From Phaeosaccion multiseriatum (Eukaryota > Protista > Ochrophyta, other classes): a stretch of DNA of 64,000 nt. Location of the stretch: the NCBI GenBank assembly GCA_965112735.1, contig OZ218957.1, positions 1,178,001-1,242,000 on the forward strand, given 5' to 3'. This document shows, piece after piece, positions 20,649 through 31,552 of the stretch (its first letter is position 1; each line of letters opens with the position of its first letter). The position numbers were made by a program, and so were the translations under genes. The notes beneath the pieces were generated by a model. The model was not told the origin of the DNA. It did no database searches and saw only the letters and a program-made list of their open reading frames with translations.

Positions 20649-20926
20649 GGGAAAGAAAAGAAGAGTTCCGGCACGCAACACCGTGGAGACTGTCGGCACG
20701 CAACACCAGGCACAGTCTCCCTATCTCTCCTTCTCTCGCCCACGAGGATCCCGGCTCGCAACACCAGGCGGATCCCCTTGGCCAACACAAAGCGCTCTGT
20801 CCGGGCCCGGGACAGAGGCTTGCTTTCCGCCTCACCAGTATCTACCTCTCCTCCTTGGCAGTGTGTCCCGCCTTACCTGTGCACTGTCTCCGTTGCTTCA
20901 GTAGGCGGCAACACACTCCAAGGCTC
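20649..20926 (-). repeat. Split direct repeat A1 (5'-truncated)
   Basis: Matches 14456-14733; the first ~179 bp of A and ~37 bp of satellite are missing at the junction. Confidence 0.88.
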
Positions 20927-23900
20927 ATTTGAGCCCATCCAAGGCCCCACTTGGCGCTGTTGCGGCACTGTAGTATCTCAGCTGGGCCTGTGGTCCTGAG
21001 CACATGCTCAGCGCGGGCATGATGCGGCCAGCAAATGCGTCGTTCGGCCTGTGTATGCCCCGCAAATGCCGGCTTGGGGCCTTTTTGATCCCAGCAAGGA
21101 GCCAGATTGGGCCATTTCAGCCCATTCAAGGCCCCACTTGGCGCTGTTGCGGCACTGTAGTACCTCAGCTGGGCCTATTGACCTGAGATTCGGCTCGGTG
21201 CGGGCATGATGTGGCCAGCAAATGCGTCGTTCGGCCTGTGTATGCCCCGCAAATGCCGGCTTGGGGCCTTTTTGATCCCAGCAAGGAGCCAGATTGGGCC
21301 ATTTGAGCCCATCCAAGGCCCCACTTGGCGCTGTTGCGGCACTGTAGTATCTCAGCTGGGCCTGTGGTCCTGAGCACATGCTCAGCGCGGGCATGATTCG
21401 GCCAGCAAATGCGTCGTTCGGCCTGTGTATGCCCCGCAAATGCCGGCTTGGGGTTTTTTTGATCCCAGCAAGGAGCCAGATTGGGCCATTTGAGCCCATC
21501 CAAGGCCCCACTTGGCGCTGTTGCGGCACTGTAGTATCTCAGCTGGGCCTGTGGTCCTGAGCACATGCTCAGCGCGGGCATGATGCGGCCAGCAAATGCG
21601 TCGTTCGGCCTGTGTATGCCCCGCAAATGCCGGCTTGGGGCCTTTTTGATCCCAGCAAGGAGCCAGATTGGGCCATTTGAGCCCATCCAAGGCCCCACTT
21701 GGCGCTGTTGCGGCACTGTAGTATCTCAACTGGGCATGTTGACCTGAGCATATGCTCGGTGCGGGCATGATGCGGCCAGCAAATGCGTCGTTCGGCCTGT
21801 GTATGCCCCGCAAATGCCGGCTTGGGGCCTTTTTGATCCCAGCAAGGAGCCAGATTGGGCCATTTGAGCCCATCCAAGGCCCCACTTGGCGCTGTTATGG
21901 CACTGTAGTATCTCAGCTGGGCCTATTGACCTGAGATTCGGCTCGGTGCGGGCATGATGTGGCCAGCAAATGCGTCGTTCGGCCTGTGTATGCCCCGCAA
22001 ATGCCGGCTTGGGGCCTTTTTGATCCCAGCAAGGAGCCAGATTGGGCCATTTGAGCCCATTCAAGGCCCCACTTGGCGCTGTTGCGGCACTGTAGTATCT
22101 CAGCTGGGCCTGTGGTCCTGAGCACATGCTCAGCGCGGGCATGATGCGGCCAGCAAATGCGTCGTTCGGCCTGTGTATGCCCCGCAAATGCCGGCTTGGG
22201 GTTTTTTTGATCCCAGCAAGGAGCCAGATTGGGCCATTTGAGCCCATCCAAGGCCCCACTTGGCGCTGTTGCGGCACTGTAGTATCTCAGCTGGGCCTGT
22301 GGTCCTGAGCACATGCTCAGCGCGGGCATGATGCGGCCAGCAAATGCGTCGTTCTGGCTGTGTGGGCCAGAAAAATCCAGCAAGGAGCCAGATTGGGCCA
22401 TTTGAGCCCATCCAAGGCCCCACTTGGCGCTGTTGCGGCACTGTAGTATCTCAGCTGGGCCTGTGGTCCTGAGCACATGCTCAGCGCGGGCATGATGCGG
22501 CCAGGAAATGCGTCGTTCTGGCTGTGTGGGCCATAAAAATCCAGCAAGGAGCCAGATTGGGCCATTTGAGCCCACCCAAGGCCCTACTTGGCGCTGTTGC
22601 GGCACTGTAGTATCTCAGTTGGGCCTGTGGTCCTGAGCACATGCTCAGCGCGGGCATGATGCGGCCAGGAAATGCGTCGTTCTGGCTGTGTGGGCCAGAA
22701 AAATCCAGCAAGGAGCCAGATTGGGCCATTTTGAGCCCATCCAAGGCCCCACTTGGCGCTGTTGCGGCACTGGAGTACCTCACGTAGATCTGTTGACCTG
22801 AGCATATGCTCGGTGCGGGCATGATGCGGCCAGCAAATGCGTCGTTCGGCCTGTGTATGCCCCGCAAATGCCGGCTTGGGGCCTTTTTGATCCCAGCAAG
22901 GAGCCAGATTGGGCCATTTGAGCCCATCCAAGGCCCCACTTGGCGCTGTTGCGGCACTGTAGTATCTCAGCTGGGCATGTTGACCTGAGCATATGCTCGG
23001 TGCGGGCATGATGCGGCCAGCAAATGCGTCGTTCGGCCTGTGTATGCCCCGCAAATGCCGGCTTGGGGCCTTTTTGATCCCAGCAAGGAGCCATTTGAGC
23101 CCATTCAAGGCCCCACTTGGCGCTGTTGCGGCACTGTAGTATCTCAGCTGGGCCTGTGGTCCTGAGCACATGCTCAGCGCGGGCATGATGCGGCCAGCAA
23201 ATGCGTCGTTCGGCCTGTGTATGCCCCGCAAATGCCGGCTTGGGGCCTTTTTGATCCCAGCAAGGAGCCAGATTGGGCCATTTGAGCCCATCCAAGGCCC
23301 CACTTGGCGCTGTTGCGGCACTGTAGTATCTCAGCTGGGCATGTTGACCTGAGCATATGCTCGGTGCGGGCATGATGCGGCCAGCAAATGCGTCGTTCGG
23401 CCTGTGTATGCCCCGCAAATGCCGGCTTGGGGCCTTTTTGATCCCAGCAAGGAGCCAGATTGGGCCATTTCAGCCCATTCAAGGCCCCACTTGGCGCTGT
23501 TATGGCACTGTAGTATCTCAGCTGGGCCTATTGACCTGAGCATATGCTCAGCGCGGGCATGATGCGGCCAGCAAATGCGTCGTTCGGCCTGTGTATGCCC
23601 CGCAAATGCCGGCTTGGGGCCTTTTTGATCCCAGCAAGGAGCCAGATTGGGCCATTTGAGCCCATCCAAGGCCCCACTTGGCGCTGTTGCGGCACTGTAG
23701 TATCTCAGCTGGGCCTGTGGTCCTGAGCACATGCTCAGCGCGGGCATGATGCGGCCAGCAAATGCGTCGTTCGGCCTGTGTGGGCCAAATAAACCCAGCA
23801 AGGAGCCAGATTGGGCCATTTCAGCCCATTCAAGGCCCCACTTGGCGCTGTTGCGGCACTGTAGTATCTCAGCTGGGCCTGTTGACCTGAGCATATGCTC

Positions 23901-26900
23901 GGTGCGGGCATGATGTGGCCAGCAAATGCGTCGTTCGGCCTGTGTATGCCCCGCAAATGCCGGCTTGGGGCCTTTTTGATCCCAGCAAGGAGCCAGATTG
24001 GGCCATTTGAGCCCATTCAAGGCCCCACTTGGCGCTGTTGCGGCACTGTAGTATCTCAGCTGGGCCTGTGGTCCTGAGCACATGCTCAGCGCGGGCATGA
24101 TGCGGCCAGCAAATGCGTCGTTCGGCCTGTGTATGCCCCGCAAATGCCGGCTTGGGGCCTTTTTGATCCCAGCAAGGAGCCAGATTGGGCCATTTGAGCC
24201 CATCCAAGGCCCCACTTGGCGCTGTTGCGGCACTGTAGTATCTCAGCTGGGCATGTTGACCTGAGCATATGCTCGGTGCGGGCATGATGCGGCCAGCAAA
24301 TGCGTCGTTCGGCCTGTGTATGCCCCGCAAATGCCGGCTTGGGGCCTTTTTGATCCCAGCAAGGAGCCAGATTGGGCCATTTGAGCCCATCCAAGGCCCC
24401 ACTTGGCGCTGTTGCGGCACTGTAGTATCTCAGCTGGGCCTATTGACCTGAGATTCGGCTCGGTGCGGGCATGATGTGGCCAGCAAATGCGTCGTTCGGC
24501 CTGTGTATGCCCCGCAAATGCCGGCTTGGGGCCTTTTTGATCCCAGCAAGGAGCCAGATTGGGCCATTTGAGCCCATTCAAGGCCCCACTAGGCGCTGTT
24601 GCGGCACTGTAGTATCTCAGCTGGGCCTGTGGTCCTGAGCACATGCTCAGCGCGGGCATGATTCGGCCAGCAAATGCGTCGTTCGGCCTGTGTATGCCCC
24701 GCAAATGCCGGCTTGGGGTTTTTTTGATCCCAGCAAGGAGCCAGATTGGGCCATTTGAGCCCATCCAAGGCCCCACTTGGCGCTGTTGCGGCACTGTAGT
24801 ATCTCAGCTGGGCCTGTGGTCCTGAGCACATGCTCAGCGCGGGCATGATGCGGCCAGCAAATGCGTCGTTCTGGCTGTGTGGGCCAGAAAAATCCAGCAA
24901 GGAGCCAGATTGGGCCATTTGAGCCCATCCAAGGCCCCACTTGGCGCTGTTGCGGCACTGTAGTATCTCAGCTGGGCCTGTGGTCCTGAGCACATGCTCA
25001 GCGCGGGCATGATGCGGCCAGCAAATGCGTCGTTCGGCCTGTGTATGCTCCGCAAATGCCGGCTTGGGGCCTTTTTGATCCCAGCAAGGAGCCAGATTGG
25101 GCCATTTCATTCAAGGCCCCACTTGGCGCTGTTATGGCACTGTAGTATCTCAGCTGGGCCTATTGACCTGAGCATATGCTCGGTGCGGGCATGATGCGGC
25201 CAGCAAATGCGTCGTTCGGCCTGTGTATGCCCCGCAAATGCCGGCTTGGGGCCTTTTTGATCCCAGCAAGGAGCCATTTGAGCCCATTCAAGGCCCCACT
25301 TGGCGCTGTTGCGGCACTGTAGTATCTCAGCTGGGCCTGTGGTCCTGAGCACATGCTCAGCGCGGGCATGATGCGGCCAGCAAATGCGTCGTTCGGCCTG
25401 TGTATGCCCCGCAAATGCCGGCTTGGGGCCTTTTTGATCCCAGCAAGGAGCCAGATTGGGCCATTTGAGCCCATCCAAGGCCCCACTTGGCGCTGTTGCG
25501 GCACTGTAGTATCTCAGCTGGGCATGTTGACCTGAGCATATGCTCGGTGCGGGCATGATGCGGCCAGCAAATGCGTCGTTCGGCCTGTGTATGCCCCGCA
25601 AATGCCGGCTTGGGGCCTTTTTGATCCCAGCAAGGAGCCAGATTGGGCCATTTCAGCCCATTCAAGGCCCCACTTGGCGCTGTTATGGCACTGTAGTATC
25701 TCAGCTGGGCCTATTGACCTGAGCATATGCTCGGTGCGGGCATGATGCGGCCAGCAAATGCGTCGTTCGGCCTGTGTATGCCCCGCAAATGCCGGCTTGG
25801 GGCCTTTTTGATCCCAGCAAGGAGCCAGATTGGGCCATTTGAGCCCATCCAAGGCCCCACTTGGCGCTGTTGCGGCACTGTAGTATCTCAGCTGGGCCTG
25901 TGGTCCTGAGCACATGCTCAGCGCGGGCATGATGCGGCCAGCAAATGCGTCGTTCGGCCTGTGTGGGCCAAATAAACCCAGCAAGGAGCCAGATTGGGCC
26001 ATTTCAGCCCATTCAAGGCCCCACTTGGCGCTGTTGCGGCACTGTAGTATCTCAGCTGGGCCTATTGACCTGAGCATATGCTCGGTGCGGGCATGATGTG
26101 GCCAGCAAATGCGTCGTTCGGCCTGTGTATGCCCCGCAAATGCCGGCTTGGGGCCTTTTTGATCCCAGCAAGGAGCCAGATTGGGCCATTTCAGCCCATT
26201 CAAGGCCCCACTTGGCGCTGTTGCGGCACTGTAGTATCTCAGCTGGGCCTGTGGTCCTGAGCACATGCTCAGCGCGGGCATGATGCGGCCAGCAAATGCG
26301 TCGTTCGGCCTGTGTATGCCCCGCAAATGCCGGCTTGGGGCCTTTTTGATCCCAGCAAGGAGCCAGATTGGGCCATTTGAGCCCATCCAAGGCCCCACTT
26401 GGCGCTGTTGCGGCACTGTAGTATCTCAGCTGGGCATGTTGACCTGAGCATATGCTCGGTGCGGGCATGATGCGGCCAGCAAATGCGTCGTTCGGCCTGT
26501 GTATGCCCCGCAAATGCCGGCTTGGGGCCTTTTTGATCCCAGCAAGGAGCCAGATTGGGCCATTTCAGCCCATTCAAGGCCCCACTTGGCGCTGTTATGG
26601 CACTGTAGTATCTCAGCTGGGCCTATTGACCTGAGCATATGCTCGGTGCGGGCATGATGCGGCCAGCAAATGCGTCGTTCGGCCTGTGTATGCCCCGCAA
26701 ATGCCGGCTTGGGGCCTTTTTGATCCCAGCAAGGAGCCAGATTGGGCCATTTGAGCCCATCCAAGGCCCCACTTGGCGCTGTTGCGGCACTGTAGTATCT
26801 CAGCTGGGCCTGTGGTCCTGAGCACATGCTCAGCGCGGGCATGATGCGGCCAGCAAATGCGTCGTTCGGCCTGTGTGGGCCAAATAAACCCAGCAAGGAG

Positions 26901-29900
26901 CCAGATTGGGCCATTTCAGCCCATTCAAGGCCCCACTTGGCGCTGTTGCGGCACTGTAGTATCTCAGCTGGGCCTATTGACCTGAGCATATGCTCGGTGC
27001 GGGCATGATGTGGCCAGCAAATGCGTCGTTCGGCCTGTGTATGCCCCGCAAATGCCGGCTTGGGGCCTTTTTGATCCCAGCAAGGAGCCAGATTGGGCCA
27101 TTTCAGCCCATTCAAGGCCCCACTTGGCGCTGTTGCGGCACTGTAGTATCTCAGCTGGGCCTGTGGTCCTGAGCACATGCTCAGCGCGGGCATGATGCGG
27201 CCAGCAAATGCGTCGTTCGGCCTGTGTATGCCCCGCAAATGCCGGCTTGGGGCCTTTTTGATCCCAGCAAGGAGCCAGATTGGGCCATTTGAGCCCATCC
27301 AAGGCCCCACTTGGCGCTGTTGCGGCACTGTAGTATCTCAGCTGGGCATGTTGACCTGAGCATATGCTCGGTGCGGGCATGATGCGGCCAGCAAATGCGT
27401 CGTTCGGCCTGTGTATGCCCCGCAAATGCCGGCTTGGGGCCTTTTTGATCCCAGCAAGGAGCCAGATTGGGCCATTTGAGCCCATCCAAGGCCCCACTTG
27501 GCGCTGTTATGGCACTGTAGTATCTCAGCTGGGCCTATTGACCTGAGATTCGGCTCGGTGCGGGCATGATGTGGACAGCAAATGCGTCGTTCGGCCTGTG
27601 TATGCCCCGCAAATGCCGGCTTGGGGCCTTTTTGATCCCAGCAAGGAGCCAGATTGGGCCATTTGAGCCCATCCAAGGCCCCACTTGGCGCTGTTGCGGC
27701 ACTGTAGTATCTCAGCTGGGCATGTTGACCTGAGCATATGCTCGGTGCGGGCATGATGCGGCCAGCAAATGCGTCGTTCGGCCTGTGTATGCCCCGCAAA
27801 TGCCGGCTTGGGGTTTTTTTGATCCCAGCAAGGAGCCAGATTGGGCCATTTGAGCCCATCCAAGGCCCCACTTGGCGCTGTTGCGGCACTGTAGTATCTC
27901 AGCTGGGCCTGTGGTCCTGAGCACATGCTCAGCGCGGGCATGATGCGGCCAGCAAATGCGTCGTTCTGGCTGTGTGGGCCAGAAAAATCCAGCAAGGAGC
28001 CAGATTGGGCCATTTGAGCCCATCCAAGGCCCCACTTGGCGCTGTTGCGGCACTGTAGTATCTCAGCTGGGCCTGTGGTCCTGAGCACATGCTCAGCGCG
28101 GGCATGATGCGGCCAGCAAATGCGTCGTTCGGCCTGTGTATGCTCCGCAAATGCCGGCTTGGGGCCTTTTTGATCCCAGCAAGGAGCCAGATTGGGCCAT
28201 TTCATTCAAGGCCCCACTTGGCGCTGTTATGGCACTGTAGTATCTCAGCTGGGCCTATTGACATGAGCATATGCTCGGTGCGGGCATGATGCGGCCAGCA
28301 AATGCGTCGTTCGGCCTGTGTATGCCCCGCAAATGCCGGCTTGGGGCCTTTTTGATCCCAGCAAGGAGCCATTTGAGCCCATTCAAGGCCCCACTTGGCG
28401 CTGTTGCGGCACTGTAGTATCTCAGCTGGGCCTGTGGTCCTGAGCACATGCTCAGCGCGGGCATGATGCGGCCAGCAAATGCGTCGTTCGGCCTGTGTAT
28501 GCCCCGCAAATGCCGGCTTGGGGCCTTTTTGATCCCAGCAAGGAGCCAGATTGGGCCATTTGAGCCCATCCAAGGCCCCACTTGGCGCTGTTGCGGCACT
28601 GTAGTATCTCAGCTGGGCATGTTGACCTGAGCATATGCTCGGTGCGGGCATGATGCGGCCAGCAAATGCGTCGTTCGGCCTGTGTATGCCCCGCAAATGC
28701 CGGCTTGGGGCCTTTTTGATCCCAGCAAGGAGCCAGATTGGGCCATTTGAGCCCATCCAAGGCCCCACTTGGCGCTGTTGCGGCACTGTAGTATCTCAGC
28801 TGGGCCTGTGGTCCTGAGCATATGCTCAGCGCGGGCATGATGCGGCCAGCAAATGCGTCGTTCGGCCTGTGTGGGCCAAATAAACCCAGCAAGGAGCCAG
28901 ATTGGGCCATTTCAGCCCATTCAAGGCCCCACTTGGCGCTGTTGCGGCACTGTAGTATCTCAGCTGGGCCTGTTGACCTGAGCATATGCTCGGTGCGGGC
29001 ATGATGTGGCCAGCAAATGCGTCGTTCGGCCTGTGTATGCCCCGCAAATGCCGGCTTGGGGCCTTTTTGATCCCAGCAAGGAGCCAGATTGGGCCATTTG
29101 AGCCCATTCAAGGCCCCACTTGGCGCTGTTGCGGCACTGTAGTATCTCAGCTGGGCCTGTGGTCCTGAGCACATGCTCAGCGCGGGCATGATGCGGCCAG
29201 CAAATGCGTCGTTCGGCCTGTGTATGCCCCGCAAATGCCGGCTTGGGGCCTTTTTGATCCCAGCAAGGAGCCAGATTGGGCCATTTGAGCCCATCCAAGG
29301 CCCCACTTGGCGCTGTTGCGGCACTGTAGTATCTCAGCTGGGCATGTTGACCTGAGCATATGCTCGGTGCGGGCATGATGCGGCCAGCAAATGCGTCGTT
29401 CGGCCTGTGTATGCCCCGCAAATGCCGGCTTGGGGCCTTTTTGATCCCAGCAAGGAGCCAGATTGGGCCATTTGAGCCCATCCAAGGCCCCACTTGGCGC
29501 TGTTGCGGCACTGTAGTATCTCAGCTGGGCCTATTGACCTGAGATTCGGCTCGGTGCGGGCATGATGTGGCCAGCAAATGCGTCGTTCGGCCTGTGTATG
29601 CCCCGCAAATGCCGGCTTGGGGCCTTTTTGATCCCAGCAAGGAGCCAGATTGGGCCATTTGAGCCCATTCAAGGCCCCACTAGGCGCTGTTGCGGCACTG
29701 TAGTATCTCAGCTGGGCCTGTGGTCCTGAGCACATGCTCAGCGCGGGCATGATTCGGCCAGCAAATGCGTCGTTCGGCCTGTGTATGCCCCGCAAATGCC
29801 GGCTTGGGGTTTTTTTGATCCCAGCAAGGAGCCAGATTGGGCCATTTGAGCCCATCCAAGGCCCCACTTGGCGCTGTTGCGGCACTGTAGTATCTCAGCT

Positions 29901-31241
29901 GGGCCTGTGGTCCTGAGCACATGCTCAGCGCGGGCATGATGCGGCCAGCAAATGCGTCGTTCTGGCTGTGTGGGCCAGAAAAATCCAGCAAGGAGCCAGA
30001 TTGGGCCATTTGAGCCCATCCAAGGCCCCACTTGGCGCTGTTGCGGCACTGTAGTATCTCAGCTGGGCCTGTGGTCCTGAGCACATGCTCAGCGCGGGCA
30101 TGATGCGGCCAGCAAATGCGTCGTTCGGCCTGTGTATGCTCCGCAAATGCCGGCTTGGGGCCTTTTTGATCCCAGCAAGGAGCCAGATTGGGCCATTTCA
30201 TTCAAGGCCCCACTTGGCGCTGTTATGGCACTGTAGTATCTCAGCTGGGCCTATTGACATGAGCATATGCTCGGTGCGGGCATGATGCGGCCAGCAAATG
30301 CGTCGTTCGGCCTGTGTATGCCCCGCAAATGCCGGCTTGGGGCCTTTTTGATCCCAGCAAGGAGCCATTTGAGCCCATTCAAGGCCCCACTTGGCGCTGT
30401 TGCGGCACTGTAGTATCTCAGCTGGGCCTGTGGTCCTGAGCACATGCTCAGCGCGGGCATGATGCGGCCAGCAAATGCGTCGTTCGGCCTGTGTATGCCC
30501 CGCAAATGCCGGCTTGGGGCCTTTTTGATCCCAGCAAGGAGCCAGATTGGGCCATTTGAGCCCATCCAAGGCCCCACTTGGCGCTGTTGCGGCACTGTAG
30601 TATCTCACGTAGATCTGTTGACCTGAGCATATGCTCGGTGCGGGCATGATGCGGCCAGCAAATGCGTCGTTCGGCCTGTGTATGCCCCGCAAATGCCGGC
30701 TTGGGGCCTTTTTGATCCCAGCAAGGAGCCAGATTGGGCCATTTCAGCCCATTCAAGGCCCCACTTGGCGCTGTTATGGCACTGTAGTATCTCAGCTGGG
30801 CCTATTGACCTGAGCATATGCTCGGTGCGGGCATGATGCGGCCAGCAAATGCGTCGTTCGGCCTGTGTATGCCCCGCAAATGCCGGCTTGGGGCCTTTTT
30901 GATCCCAGCAAGGAGCCAGATTGGGCCATTTTGAGCCCATCCAAGGCCCCACTTGGCGCTGTTGCGGCACTGTAGTATCTCAGCTGGGCCTGTGGTCCTG
31001 AGCACATGCTCAGCGCGGGCATGATGCGGCCAGCAAATGCGTCGTTCGGCCTGTGTGGGCCAAATAAACCCAGCAAGGAGCCAGATTGGGCCATTTCAGC
31101 CCATTCAAGGCCCCACTTGGCGCTGTTGCGGCACTGTAGTATCTCAGCTGGGCCTATTGACCTGAGCATATGCTCGGTGCGGGCATGATGTGGCCAGCAA
31201 ATGCGTCGTTCGGCCTGTGTATGCCCCGCAAATGCCGGCTT
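20927..31241 (+). repeat. Satellite block 3 with nested higher-order repeats (912-bp 5-mer; 1996/2183/3095-bp units)
   Basis: A diagnostic 10-bp-deletion monomer at ~23092, 25275, 28370 and 30366; 912-bp ORF-track periodicity (25353/26265/27177). Confidence 0.97.
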
Positions 31242-31552
31242 AGCCTGTTCAGCAGCGCAGCAACGGAACTTTGTTTCTCGCGGAACAGAGACGAGGACGA
31301 GGTGGGAGACATGGGAGCCAGCAGGGCGAAGCGTCAGCGTAGGTGCTTGGTACCGCCCCAAGGGGGGGGTCCCCTCTGGGGAGATGTACAGTATGTCAGT
31401 GAAGCAGGGAATTTAGATTTTTCAGTCCTCAGCATGCATACCGCGACGCCTTGGAGCGGGAGTCGGACATCTCCCGGGCCCTCGCCTACGACTGAAGGGA
31501 GGAGGCCTCTCACTGGCTTCCCACCTTCGCCCGAGCGCCGCGACCGCGCGAA
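31242..31552 (+). mobile_element. 311-bp internally deleted mini YR element (184 bp of A end plus 127 bp of B end)
   Basis: 31242-31425 = 3526-3709; 31426-31552 matches 9190-9316 with 2 substitutions; the satellite CCGGCTT|GGGGCC rejoins exactly. Confidence 0.92.

Larger units (their letters stand above)
14002..20926 (-). mobile_element. Tyrosine-recombinase retrotransposon (DIRS order, Ngaro/PAT-like split direct repeats A1-gag-RT/RH-YR-B1-A2-B2), 5'-truncated by ~180 bp
   Basis: B2 14002-14403 = B1 14913-15314 (offset 911); A2 14456-14912 matches A1 20649-20926; three ORFs with RT, RNase H and YR motifs; no methyltransferase domain seen. Confidence 0.95.

Noticed and set aside
14002-20926. 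DIRS-1-type (inverted terminal repeat) or integrase LTR classification
   Set aside because: The repeats are direct and split (A...B-A-B); no DDE integrase, protease or methyltransferase motifs were seen.
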